Shown piece by piece: positions 7,701 to 16,515 of a stretch of DNA of 64,000 nucleotides. The DNA lies in assembly GCA_965216545.1 (NCBI GenBank), contig OZ244172.1:3654763-3718762 (forward strand), in the 5' to 3' direction. The stretch's first letter is position 1. Every line of letters starts with the position of its first letter. The stretch comes from Bryobacterales bacterium (GTDB lineage Bacteria > Acidobacteriota > Terriglobia > Bryobacterales > UBA6623). The position numbers were made by a program, and so were the translations under genes. The notes below the pieces were generated by a model. That model searched no databases. It was not told the DNA's origin and was given only the letters and a program-made list of their open reading frames with translations.

Positions 7701-7877
7701 AATCTGATTCTCACCCCGGACGTGTTTCAGGAGCACCGGCTGGCCGTGCTGCAGGAGTCGTTCCTGATCGGCGAGGGGTCGCTACAGAAGGTCGACGGCA
7801 CGATCGCGGTGAAGACGGACTTCGTCGAGCCGATGGGGGCGATCGAGCTCGAGATGGAGTCGCATGATTTTCATTAG
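4788..7877 (+). CDS. dnaE2: error-prone DNA polymerase DnaE2 (Pol III alpha-like, ImuC)
   Basis: 1029 aa with an N-terminal PHP domain (HAASGFSFLEGAS) and Pol III alpha core motifs (GRGSAANSAVCY, PDIDVD, GMVI, FQIESR). Lies in synteny after imuA and imuB. Confidence 0.92.
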   Translation: MTEIHAASGFSFLEGASDPEDLVAEAKRLEYEAVALCDRDSVSGAPRFFKAAKQARIKALVGAEISLDQPGVKKGVRNAELDRRLTVLVENRRGYQNLCRLLTRMNLRAPKGEGRVTWDDLDDFSSGLVALLHDLRDEDPVRGIFGSRNVYVELQRHMRREQERDNQARIELARRYGLPLVASNGVRYATEARKPLYDVFTCLRYKRKLDTVGRLLDANAERYLKPQRSLEYLFRDLPEALANASELGRRLDFTLGNLGYEFPKYPLPPGETNTSFLRKIALRGAAERYRDSPHREKALRQIDHELAVIERLNLEGYFLIVWDIVEFARKNGILCQGRGSAANSAVCYSCGITAVDPVGMELLFERFLSEERGEWPDIDVDLPSGDQREQVIQHVYRRYGERGAGMTANVITYRGKMAVREAGKVLGFPEEMIARLSKCIHSFEYTDDNDKLVSQAVAAGFDASHPRVGHLLRTCMQMQGLPRHLGQHSGGMVICQGDLDAVVPLENASMPGRVVVQWDKEDCADLGVIKVDLLGLGMMAALEESVETIRSRGGDFDLARIPPDDPATYQMIQKADTVGVFQIESRAQMATLPRMRPDHFYDLVVEVAIIRPGPITGNMVHPYLARRQGREPVTYPHPSLEPVLKRTLGVPLFQEQLLRVAMVAANFTGGEAEELRRAMGFKRSVERMGSIERKLREGLAENGIEGEAAEQIVRSITSFALYGFPESHAASFALLAYASSYLKCHYPAEFLTALLNCQPMGFYSPAVLVRDAQRHGVRVRPIDVALSGARCQVLGAGEMRLGLRFVSGLRAEAAERIVGLRPYRSMEDFVRRTRLAKTELDVLAEIGALNSLGEGVHRREALWQIERAYRPAGPLFESQDDRLPEPGPLAKMMPLERLDADYRGAGLTTGPHPMHYLRPALADRNVHSARDLESIAHGRRVRVAGAVITRQRPGTAKGFCFITLEDETGVSNLILTPDVFQEHRLAVLQESFLIGEGSLQKVDGTIAVKTDFVEPMGAIELEMESHDFH
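7149..7176 (+). repeat. GGTGCTA-family heptamer array inside dnaE2 (third copy of family 2)
   Basis: Four phased units GGGGCTA GGTGTCA GGTGCTG GGCGCTG, translated as GARCQVLGAG. Positions 7154-7171 are the exact 18-nt complement of 4745-4762. Confidence 0.85.
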
Positions 7878-7890
7878 GCTCACGAAAAAG

Positions 7891-10119
7891 TCATGGTCCC
7901 TCGCCTCCCCGGCGCAAGGTGACTCCCTGGTCCTCGACTTCCACGCGGATTCTCTCGAACACGGCCGCCGCTTCTCCCGACTCCATCGACCCTGGGCTGT
8001 TCCACTCAACGACGCTCCCGCGGGCGTACAGCCTCAGCCTCTGGCTCAACGCCGCCGGCGATCGCAGGTCACACCCATCCAAGAGGATCGTCCAACCGCG
8101 ATCCATGGCCGTGCTCGTTTCGAGGGTCAATGGAACTGGACCGACACTTTGACGAGGCTCACACTCAGTACAGATCTTGCGCCATCTCACTTGGTCAGAT
8201 TCCGACCATAGTCGTCCGGGCGCACATCGCAGCGCTCGATGCAGAGCATTGCGCATGGAGCTGTCTGCCTCCCTCTCCAACCGAGTCCAGATCGACCCGC
8301 GCGTCGTATCGGATTCATGGCGGACCAAGGCTCGGGCGGCGTCCAAAGCCGCCTCCGGCGACGGATCGTCGAGCTGACGCAGCGCCAGAGCTTCCAACTG
8401 TGGGCTCCAGGCGACCCTCCCGATCGACGTCAGCAGCCGTCTCCAGCAACCGCGATTCTCCCGGCTACCCAGAGCCTTCTCGACCAGCGTCGCCCCTTCG
8501 GCCGGCCGCACCCGTACGAGATACGCCAGCAAGCTCTGCTCCAGGTTGCAAGGAGCCGGACTCACCGAGCGATAGATCGCCAGCGCCCTGTCCGACACCG
8601 CAGACGAAGCATAGCGCGCTAGAACCGCCGAGTCTCTGCTCGTAGCTCGTCTCTCCAATCTGGCCATTGTAGGCTCGTCGATCTCTGGATAGACGCCATC
8701 CGGCAACACCCTTGCCAGAAGTCGCAGGCTCGCCATTGAAAGCTCCTGCATCAGGTCCGCCAGAACGAGCGACCTGCCTTTGGCGGGATCGAGCTCCGCG
8801 ACGCGCTCCAGCATCGCGCTCCAAGCCAGCGTCTTGCGCAGCGCGGTCGGATCCAGAGAGGGCTTTGCCCGTAGCGCCGGCAAGACCTCGAGCAACGCCG
8901 GCAGGATGTCCGGTCCCCGCAGTCGCTCCCAGCGCCGGCCGTAAAGCCAACCCGTCTGTTCTTCGGTCGAAAGCGCCAGGAACTCCGCGGGCGTGGGCGC
9001 CGGGTCCTCCACCAGCGGACGCAGCGCTTTTGCTTCCTCGGGTAGATACCTCTCTATGATCCGAAAGTCCGCCTTGCGAGCCGCCGGGGTCTTGGTTGGC
9101 GCCAACCTCGCTAGCAAGCGTGCGAAATCCGTTGCGATTTCCTCACGACGCCCCTGGCGCATGCGGGCTTCGGCAATCGCAGCCTCGTCCACTTCCGCCG
9201 GCGCCCAGGGGAGGGTTGAAGGGAACTCTGAAGCGATCTCGTTTACTAGGAGCAAATGAAACAGGCTTCCAGGGAGGCTATAGCGCGGATCCTCGAGGTA
9301 ACGAAGCAGGCGAGCGCGCAGATAGCTACGCTGACCGGATGCTGCTAGCGCCAACGTGATCGCGCCGTCGTACTGGCCGCGCGCTATGCCGTGCGCGTCT
9401 AGCAAGGCGTCGACCGCCGTCGCCGTTCCGAGATACCGCAGTGCTTTCACAGCGCCTCGGACCTGCTCGTCGAGCTCCTGAGGCAGCGGCCGCGGCAGCG
9501 GCCACGGGTCATCGTAGGCTGCGGCTTTCGCCAGAGCAGCCGTCGCCGCGGCCATGACCACCGCGTCGGCTTGCTCGTCCCGCGGCAGAATCTCGAGATG
9601 GAGCATTCCGGATGCCGCCAGCCTTGGACCTGCTTGTCCCTCCGTCGGATCGACTAGACCGACGCGTTTCGAAACAACGAAGACCCGGTAGCGCCCCGGC
9701 CTGGCGAAACGAATCCACTCGTCGAGGTCCGCTTCAATCTCGACCGGCTCGATTCCCAATGTCGGGTAGCCTCGCAGTCCGCCCGCGGACCCTCCCGCTA
9801 CGCCGCTGCCGTAGTACCACTCCAACGGATCGGACGCCTCTGCCGATCTGTCCACGACGAATCGGTCGACGTGCAGCCGACCGCTGCGATCATAGCGGGC
9901 GCCGTTGACCCGGTAGGTCTCCGAGCGATCCGAGGCGAAGGCCAGGGTCACCGTGATCCGCTCGCCGATCCGGTAGGAAGTACGCGGCTCTGCAAAGCGG
10001 GCCTCAAATCGCAACCCAGGCAGGTTCGCGGACCGGAGAGCGGAATGCTCGTCGGAGAACGAGTCTGCGGCCGAGATGCTGCACACCGCAAGAAGCATCG
10101 CATAGAGCCGGGTGGTCAT
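7891..10119 (-). CDS. hypothetical secreted protein (742 aa), helical-repeat rich
   Basis: Long ORF with signal-like N-terminus MTTRLYAMLLAVCSISA and non-shadow amino-acid composition. I recognise no family. Confidence 0.6.
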   Translation of the reverse strand: MTTRLYAMLLAVCSISAADSFSDEHSALRSANLPGLRFEARFAEPRTSYRIGERITVTLAFASDRSETYRVNGARYDRSGRLHVDRFVVDRSAEASDPLEWYYGSGVAGGSAGGLRGYPTLGIEPVEIEADLDEWIRFARPGRYRVFVVSKRVGLVDPTEGQAGPRLAASGMLHLEILPRDEQADAVVMAAATAALAKAAAYDDPWPLPRPLPQELDEQVRGAVKALRYLGTATAVDALLDAHGIARGQYDGAITLALAASGQRSYLRARLLRYLEDPRYSLPGSLFHLLLVNEIASEFPSTLPWAPAEVDEAAIAEARMRQGRREEIATDFARLLARLAPTKTPAARKADFRIIERYLPEEAKALRPLVEDPAPTPAEFLALSTEEQTGWLYGRRWERLRGPDILPALLEVLPALRAKPSLDPTALRKTLAWSAMLERVAELDPAKGRSLVLADLMQELSMASLRLLARVLPDGVYPEIDEPTMARLERRATSRDSAVLARYASSAVSDRALAIYRSVSPAPCNLEQSLLAYLVRVRPAEGATLVEKALGSRENRGCWRRLLTSIGRVAWSPQLEALALRQLDDPSPEAALDAARALVRHESDTTRGSIWTRLEREADSSMRNALHRALRCAPGRLWSESDQVRWRKICTECEPRQSVGPVPLTLETSTAMDRGWTILLDGCDLRSPAALSQRLRLYARGSVVEWNSPGSMESGEAAAVFERIRVEVEDQGVTLRRGGEGP

Positions 10120-10219
10120 GAGGTCATAGACGCCGCCGGGACGCTGAAAGTGCCGGGCTGCCGCCTAACTTGATTTGTTGTACGCTGTGCAGGCGCTTTT
10201 TGCACGGCGCGATCTACCT

Positions 10220-11254
10220 ATGTTCAGCTCGAAACGCCTTCTCATGCTTACGGTCGTTCTAGCCGCCTCCGCCCTAGCCCAGCCCTACCCTAACCCGTAC
10301 CGCATGGTCGAAGGCTGGGCCAAGCTGCCCGACGGCCGGCCGATGGGCGCGGTCGGCGGCGTCCGCATCGACCCCGACGGCAAGCACCTTTGGGCGGTCA
10401 TCCGTTGCGAAACCACCGAGAACACCCGCTTTGGCAGCGAGTGTCTGAGCTCGAACCTCGACTCGGTCATGAAGTTTGAGCTGGCCACGGGCAAAGCGGT
10501 GGCCAGCTTCGGCGGCGGCATGTTCATCTGGCCGCACGGCATCGACGTAGACCGCGAAGGCAACGTCTGGGTGACCGATGCCGTACTCAAAGCGCGCGTC
10601 CCGCCAGGCAAGCGTGGCCATCAAGTCGTCAAGTTCAGCCCCACGGGCAAAGTGCTCATGCGTCTTGGCATGCCAGGCGAGCCTGGCGCCGGAGAGGATC
10701 ACTTCGAGTCTCCCGCCGACGTCGTCATCGCCCCAGACGGCCACATCTTCGTCGCGGACGGCCACAACGAAGACGGCAACAACCGCATCGTCAAGCTGAC
10801 GCCCGACGGCAAGTTCGTCAAGGCCTGGGGGCGAACCGGCTACGGGCCCGGCGAGTTCCGCACCCTGCACGCGTTGGCTTTCGACGAGCGCGGACGCCTC
10901 TTCGTCGCCGACCGCGGCAACAACCGCGTGCAAATCTTCGACCAGGAGGGCGAGCACCTCGCGACATGGACGCAGTTCGGGCGGCCGAGCGGCATCTACT
11001 TCGGCCCCGACGACACCATCTATGTGACGGATTCCGAGTCCGACGACGTCCAAAACCCGGGCTGGGAGATGGGCATCCGCATCGGCGATGCGAAGCTCGG
11101 CTGGGTGCGCTATTTCGTGCGCTTCCCGTGGGGCGATCCGCGCAGCACGGCCGGCAGCGGGGCGGAGTTCGTTGCGGTCGACGGCGAGGGGAATCTGTAT
11201 GCGGGCGAGCCGTTCCGGCGCGTGCTGCAGAAGTATGTGCGGGTGATGCCCTAG
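10220..11254 (+). CDS. NHL-repeat six-bladed beta-propeller protein (secreted)
   Basis: Signal peptide from the ATG at 10220 (MFSSKRLLMLTVVLAASALA). Repeated NHL-like motifs are present: GNVWVTD, IFVADGHN..NNRIVKL, LFVADRGNNRVQIFD, IYVTDSE. Confidence 0.8.
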   Translation: MFSSKRLLMLTVVLAASALAQPYPNPYRMVEGWAKLPDGRPMGAVGGVRIDPDGKHLWAVIRCETTENTRFGSECLSSNLDSVMKFELATGKAVASFGGGMFIWPHGIDVDREGNVWVTDAVLKARVPPGKRGHQVVKFSPTGKVLMRLGMPGEPGAGEDHFESPADVVIAPDGHIFVADGHNEDGNNRIVKLTPDGKFVKAWGRTGYGPGEFRTLHALAFDERGRLFVADRGNNRVQIFDQEGEHLATWTQFGRPSGIYFGPDDTIYVTDSESDDVQNPGWEMGIRIGDAKLGWVRYFVRFPWGDPRSTAGSGAEFVAVDGEGNLYAGEPFRRVLQKYVRVMP

Positions 11255-11925
11255 GCCGAGTGGTCGCGCGCTTCTTCGAGCAAGCGTTGAGCGCGGCTGG
11301 GGTTGTAGACACCGCAAGGGCAGAACCGCGCCAGCGTCGTGACGGCTTGCTCAGGCGATCGACGGCCCTCGCGCACCATGTCGAGCATTTTCCGCGCCAT
11401 GTTGAAGCTCACCATGCCGTGCCCGCACATGGTGGCGAGCTTCAATACTTGCGAGTTGGGCAAGTGATCGTGCGGGTCGTTGAAGCCGAGCGAGTACTCC
11501 ACGCTGTGTCGCTTGAGGCCGCAACTCTCCGCGCATTCCTTGGCGCCGTCCACCGAAGTCGACATGTTGACCGAGAGGCCGAGGTCGGCTTCGATGACGT
11601 CTTGCAGAGCCGCCGCGGCCTTCTCGCGCGTGTTGAAGACAGCCGCGCAGGTCCCCGGCTTGGCGACATCATTGATCACCGAGTCCCAATCCGGGCTGAT
11701 GTCCCGCTTCCAATGCGCGGTCGGGTTCAGGTGGCGCTCGGGCAGGAAGCTGCCGCGGTTGCCGTTGCCCATGTTCGAGGGCCCGTGCTTGGCGCAGATC
11801 CGCAGAAACTGCTTCTGTTTTTCGACCGCGCCTTGGTCGTTGCGGCCCGGCGAAGCGATGCAAAAAAGGATGAAGTCGTCGCGGAAGCTTTCCGAGTCAC
11901 CGTACCGGTGCAAGGTGTTCGTCAT
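11251..11925 (-). CDS. conserved hypothetical protein (Cys-containing, family not recognised)
   Basis: Protein-like composition from the internal ATG at 11925 (MTNTLHRYGDSESF...). Overlaps the upstream ferredoxin-like gene by 29 nt, which suggests translational coupling. Confidence 0.6.
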   Translation of the reverse strand: MTNTLHRYGDSESFRDDFILFCIASPGRNDQGAVEKQKQFLRICAKHGPSNMGNGNRGSFLPERHLNPTAHWKRDISPDWDSVINDVAKPGTCAAVFNTREKAAAALQDVIEADLGLSVNMSTSVDGAKECAESCGLKRHSVEYSLGFNDPHDHLPNSQVLKLATMCGHGMVSFNMARKMLDMVREGRRSPEQAVTTLARFCPCGVYNPSRAQRLLEEARDHSA

Positions 11926-12748
11926 GGACTTCGTCCTTCTTCTCTTCGTTCGTGGCGCGGCCCAGGCCCATGTTGGTCTTGGCGCGGTAGTAACGGAAGC
12001 CGAGCTCGTCGAGGATGGGCGCCAGCAGGCGATCTTCGCCTTCTGCATCGCAGCGGGTCGAGATGCCCACGGCGGTGACCGTGTCGATCTCGAGGTTGAC
12101 GCGGCGAACGGTCTCGAGCACGGAGGCGGCTTGGTCGATCGTGGTCTTGATCTCGACGATCGCGGAGAGGATCTTTTCGTTGAGGATGTCCTCGCGCAGG
12201 TCGCCCGTCGAGGGATCCGTCATGATGTGCGTGATCGGATTCTTTTTCTCGAAGGCGACGCCCATCTTGGCGAGCGCACGCGTCATGGTCTGAATCTGAT
12301 GGAACCGCACGCCAACACCTGGACGTCCGAATTCGATGGTGTAGCCGACCTCGCCGACCTTGACGCGTGGGTAGACGTCGTTGGTCTTCACCTCTTCGGT
12401 GCCGCGTCCCTTGATGCCGGTCGACTTGTGCTCGACGACGGGATCGGAGAAGACCTGGCGCACCAGCCGCGGCATCTCGAGCTCGTTCATCGAGAACGCG
12501 GTCGTGGGGCAGACGTCGGGCTCGGGCTCGAAGCGCAACCGCACGGCTTTGGCGATCTTGCGAATGGTGCGCACGATGGTGGGGTTGAGCTGCTCCTGGC
12601 TCATGCCGCGCAGGCACGTGCCGCACTCGACGCACTCCTCGTCGTTGATGCGGGCGCGGTTGATGGCGGGATCGATGTAGATCGCGCCCATGGGGCAAAC
12701 CGGAATGCAGTTCGCGCAGGCGACGCACTTGTTCGGATCGATACGCAT
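11897..12748 (-). CDS. 4Fe-4S dicluster domain protein with large C-terminal extension
   Basis: CVACANCIPVCP, then CVECGTC with a distal ..DVCP. Start taken at the ATG at 12748 (MRIDPNKC). Confidence 0.7.
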   Translation of the reverse strand: MRIDPNKCVACANCIPVCPMGAIYIDPAINRARINDEECVECGTCLRGMSQEQLNPTIVRTIRKIAKAVRLRFEPEPDVCPTTAFSMNELEMPRLVRQVFSDPVVEHKSTGIKGRGTEEVKTNDVYPRVKVGEVGYTIEFGRPGVGVRFHQIQTMTRALAKMGVAFEKKNPITHIMTDPSTGDLREDILNEKILSAIVEIKTTIDQAASVLETVRRVNLEIDTVTAVGISTRCDAEGEDRLLAPILDELGFRYYRAKTNMGLGRATNEEKKDEVHDEHLAPVR

Positions 12749-12864
12749 GAGCGGTCTGGGCCGAGTCGAGCCAAGTCTAACACAGCAAAGGGCGCGAAAC
12801 GTTATCGAGACGCCGCCTATTCTAGGCGCAAACATAGCGCGCTGAGAGACTTGCAGCTAGCTCG

Positions 12865-13908
12865 CTATTCCGCGCGGTATTGGCTGGTGAGCGCGACGAA
12901 CTGCTCGAGCTTGGCCAGCGCCGCGCCCGAATCGATGGCCCGCCGGGCCAGCGCCGCGCCCTCGCGAAATTCTGCGGCGCGCCCGGCGGCGACCAGCGCC
13001 GCGGCGGCGTTGACGACCACGATGTCCGGGCGCGGTCCGTGGGCGCCTTCGAAGATGCGGCGGATGATCAGAGCGTTCTCTTCCCGACCGCCGCCGGAGA
13101 GATCCCCGCCCGAGGCGACCTCGACGCCGAACTCCGCCGGAGAGAGCTCGCGCTCGGTCATCCCTCCGTCCCGGACCTCCGCCGCCCGGGTCGGACCCGT
13201 AGTGGTGATCTCGTCGAGCCCATCGGCGCCGTGGACGACGAATGCGCGACCAACGCCTAGCCGCCCGAGCGCTTCGGCGACGACCGGGACGAGCGCGCCA
13301 TCGTAAACACCCACGATCTGCGCGCCGGCGCCCGCCGGATTCGTCAGAGGCCCGAGCAGGTTGAACACCGTCCGCATCTCGAGCGCTCGCCGCACCGGCT
13401 GCACGTGCTTCATCGCCGGGTGGATGAGCGGCGCAAACAGGAACCCGACACCCGCCTCGTCGATGGCCTCGGCGGCCTGTTCGGGGGTGAGCTGAACGTT
13501 GGCGCCAAGCGCTTCGAGCACGTCGGCCGAGCCGCATTGACTCGAGATCGAGCGGTTGCCATGCTTGGCCACCGGCGCGCCGGCGCCGGCGACCACGAAC
13601 GCGCCGGCGGTCGAGATGTTGAAGGTTTGCGCGCCGTCGCCCCCCGTCCCGCAGGTGTCGACCATCTGCTCGGGCCGGACGGATTTGCAGACGATCGGCG
13701 CGGCGTGCGCGCGCATGGCGCGGGCGAAGCCGACGATCTCGTCGACGGTCTCGCCCTTCATGCGCAGCGCGGTCAGCAAACCCCCGACCACGCCCGGCTC
13801 GACCTCTCCGGCAAGGATCTCCTCGAGCGCCTCCGCGGCCTCGTTTTCCCTCAGATGCTCGCCTTCGACAGCCTTGTGGAGCGCCTGCTGAACGGCTCCT
13901 CTAATCAT
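12865..13908 (-). CDS. trpD: anthranilate phosphoribosyltransferase
   Basis: Motifs DTCGTGGDG and KHGNRSISSQCGSADVLEALG. Start taken at the ATG at 13908. Confidence 0.9.
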   Translation of the reverse strand: MIRGAVQQALHKAVEGEHLRENEAAEALEEILAGEVEPGVVGGLLTALRMKGETVDEIVGFARAMRAHAAPIVCKSVRPEQMVDTCGTGGDGAQTFNISTAGAFVVAGAGAPVAKHGNRSISSQCGSADVLEALGANVQLTPEQAAEAIDEAGVGFLFAPLIHPAMKHVQPVRRALEMRTVFNLLGPLTNPAGAGAQIVGVYDGALVPVVAEALGRLGVGRAFVVHGADGLDEITTTGPTRAAEVRDGGMTERELSPAEFGVEVASGGDLSGGGREENALIIRRIFEGAHGPRPDIVVVNAAAALVAAGRAAEFREGAALARRAIDSGAALAKLEQFVALTSQYRAE

Positions 13909-13987
13909 TGCGTTCTTTTCCAACGATACCGTATATTGGGCATTACGACCGCGCTCGGCCCCGGACGCGGCGCCACCCCGCAATTTC

Positions 13988-15145
13988 ATGAAAATTCACG
14001 AGTATCAGGCGAAGGAGATCCTGCGCCGTTACGGCGTTCCAACTCCGCGCGGCGAAGTCGCCTACACTGCCGACGAAGCCAAAGAAGTCGCGGACGGGCT
14101 GGGCGGCAAGGTGGTCGTCAAGGCTCAGATCCACGCCGGAGGACGCGGCAAGGGCGGCGGCGTGAAGCTTGCCGACGGCGCGGACGAAGCCCGCGAGACG
14201 GCATCGAAAATCCTGGGCATGAAACTGGTCACCCACCAGACCGGTCCCGAGGGTCGCATCGTCAAACGCGTGCTGGTCGAAGAGACGCTGCCGATCGCGC
14301 GCGAGATCTACCTGGGCGTCACGCTCGACCGCGCCACGGGCAAGCCGGTATTCATGGCGTCCTCGGAGGGCGGCATGGAGATCGAAGAGGTGGCGGCGAA
14401 CACGCCCGAGCTGATTCTCAAAGAGACGATCGAGCCGGGCCTAGGCCTGCGGGCCTATCAAGCGCGCCGAATGGCTTTCCGGATGGGGATCGAGGGCGAC
14501 GCCTTCAAGCCCGCCGTGAAGGCCATGCTCGCGTTGGCCAAGGCCTACCGCGAGGTCGACGCGAACCTGCTTGAGATCAACCCCTTCGTGCTGACCTCCG
14601 ACGGCCGCGCCGTCGCGCTCGACGCCAAGCTCGACGTGGACGACAACTCGCTGTATCGTCACGCCGATATCGTCAAGTTGCGCGATCTCGACGAAGAAGA
14701 GCCGCTCGAGACTGACGCCATCGACCACGGACTGAACTACATCAAGCTCGACGGCAACGTGGGCTGCATGGTCAACGGCGCCGGGCTCGCCATGGCGACA
14801 ATGGACATCATCCAGTACGCCGGCGGCATGCCCGCGAACTTCCTCGACGTGGGCGGCGGCGCCAACGCGGATCAGATCAAGAACGGATTCCGCATCATCC
14901 TCTCCGACCCGAACGTCAAGGCGATCCTGATCAACATCTTCGGCGGCATCCTGCGGGTCGACGTGCTGGCCGAAGGCGTCATCGCCGCTGCCAAAGAGCT
15001 CGATATCAAGGTTCCGATGGTGTTGCGCCTGGAAGGGACGAAGGTGAACGAAGGGCGCAAGCTGCTCGAAGAGTCCGGGTTGGACTTCACCGTTGCTCCG
15101 AACATGAAGGAAGCGGCGGAAAAGGTCGTCGCTGCGGCGCAGTAG
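13988..15145 (+). CDS. sucC: succinyl-CoA synthetase beta subunit
   Basis: MKIHEYQAKEILRRYGVP... ATP-grasp N-terminus, with full-length similarity recognisable by eye. Confidence 0.95.
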   Translation: MKIHEYQAKEILRRYGVPTPRGEVAYTADEAKEVADGLGGKVVVKAQIHAGGRGKGGGVKLADGADEARETASKILGMKLVTHQTGPEGRIVKRVLVEETLPIAREIYLGVTLDRATGKPVFMASSEGGMEIEEVAANTPELILKETIEPGLGLRAYQARRMAFRMGIEGDAFKPAVKAMLALAKAYREVDANLLEINPFVLTSDGRAVALDAKLDVDDNSLYRHADIVKLRDLDEEEPLETDAIDHGLNYIKLDGNVGCMVNGAGLAMATMDIIQYAGGMPANFLDVGGGANADQIKNGFRIILSDPNVKAILINIFGGILRVDVLAEGVIAAAKELDIKVPMVLRLEGTKVNEGRKLLEESGLDFTVAPNMKEAAEKVVAAAQ

Positions 15146-15157
15146 GGGAACGAGACG

Positions 15158-16021
15158 ATGAGCGTTCTGGTCAACCACGACACGCGAATCCTGGTGCAGG
15201 GCTTCGGCCGCGCCGGGCAGTTTCACGCCGAGCAGTGCATCGCCTACGGCTCCAAGGTCGTCGCCGGCGTCACGCCGGGCAAGGGCGGACAGGAGGCGCT
15301 GGGCGTGCCAATCTTCAGCACCGTTGCCGAGGCGGTCGAGCAGACCGGCGCGAACGCCACGATGATCTTCGTGCCGCCTCCTGGCGCCGCCGATGCGATT
15401 CTCGAGGCCATCGACGCCGAGTTGCCGCTTGCCGTCTGTATCACCGAGGGCATTCCGGCGCGCGACATGGTCGAGCTCTACCCCTACCTGCAAGCTTCGA
15501 AGACGCGGCTGGTGGGGCCGAACTGCCCTGGAGTGATCTCGCCCGGCGCGTGCAAGATGGGCATCATGCCCGGCCACATCCACAAGGAGGGCAAGGTCGG
15601 CGTGGTGTCGCGGTCGGGAACGCTGACCTACGAGGTCGTCGGCCAGCTCACGGGCATGGACATCGGGCAGTCGACCTGTATCGGCATCGGCGGCGACCCC
15701 ATCATCGGCACGACGTTCATCGACGCCGTGCAACTGTTCCAGGACGACCCCGAAACCGAGGCGATCATGATGATCGGCGAGATCGGCGGTACGGCCGAGG
15801 AGTCGGCGGCGGAGTTCATCAAGGCGAACGTGACTAAGCCCGTGGCGGCGTTCATCGCCGGCGCCACCGCGCCTCCGGGGCGCCGTATGGGCCACGCCGG
15901 CGCGATCATCTCCGGCGGCAAGGGTACGGCCGCGGACAAGAAAGCGGCACTCGAAGCCGCCGGCATCAAGGTCGCCGCGTCACCCGCCGAGATGGGCTCG
16001 ACGCTGGCAAGCTTGCTGTAG
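15158..16021 (+). CDS. sucD: succinyl-CoA synthetase alpha subunit
   Basis: Motifs SRSGTLTYE and GHAGAII (phosphohistidine loop). Directly follows sucC. Confidence 0.95.
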   Translation: MSVLVNHDTRILVQGFGRAGQFHAEQCIAYGSKVVAGVTPGKGGQEALGVPIFSTVAEAVEQTGANATMIFVPPPGAADAILEAIDAELPLAVCITEGIPARDMVELYPYLQASKTRLVGPNCPGVISPGACKMGIMPGHIHKEGKVGVVSRSGTLTYEVVGQLTGMDIGQSTCIGIGGDPIIGTTFIDAVQLFQDDPETEAIMMIGEIGGTAEESAAEFIKANVTKPVAAFIAGATAPPGRRMGHAGAIISGGKGTAADKKAALEAAGIKVAASPAEMGSTLASLL

Positions 16022-16092
16022 CTCACAGGCCCGCGCCCGTTCCCTCACGCTCGCGGCTCCACTAGAAATAGTCATAAGGAATACTCAACACG

Positions 16093-16515
16093 ATGGCCAC
16101 CGAACGTACGCTGACCATGATCAAGCCGGACGCCACCGCGGCCGGCAATACCGGAAACATCCTCGCTCTGCTCGAGAAAGAGGGCTTCAAGATCGTCGGA
16201 ATGAAGAAGGTGCGGCTGACTCGCGAGCTGGCCGAGGGCTTCTACGCCGTGCACAAGGAGCGCCCGTTCTTCGGCGACCTGGTGAAGTTCATGACCGAAG
16301 GACCGATCACCGCCGCCTGCCTTGAGCGTGAGGACGCGATCGCAAAGCTGCGCCAGGTGATGGGCGCCACCAACTCCAAAGAGGCCGAGCCGGGGACGGT
16401 CCGCAACCTCTACGGGACCGACATCGAGCGCAACGCGATCCACGGCTCGGACTCCCCCGAGAACGCCGCGATCGAGATTGCCTTTCACTTCAATCAGTCG
16501 GAATTGGCGGGCTAG
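16093..16515 (+). CDS. ndk: nucleoside diphosphate kinase
   Basis: [10 protein letters not shown] and NAIHGSDS active-site region; 140 aa. Confidence 0.95.
   Translation: MATERTLTMIKPDATAAGNTGNILALLEKEGFKIVGMKKVRLTRELAEGFYAVHKERPFFGDLVKFMTEGPITAACLEREDAIAKLRQVMGATNSKEAEPGTVRNLYGTDIERNAIHGSDSPENAAIEIAFHFNQSELAG

Noticed and set aside
1644-7877. Diversity-generating retroelement, because of the Avd-like genes
   Set aside because: There is no reverse transcriptase ORF anywhere in the window, and no template/variable repeat pair with adenine-specific differences. The repeats present are simple heptamers.
11480-13306. 608-aa plus-strand ORF spanning the ferredoxin-like genes and trpD
   Set aside because: It is antisense to three minus-strand genes with clear motifs, and its translation is Ala/Arg/Ser-rich without structure.
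14441-15895. 484-aa ORF antisense to sucC/sucD
   Set aside because: Shadow ORF: the opposite strand encodes textbook SucC and SucD, and the composition is low-complexity (R, D, A, G, H).
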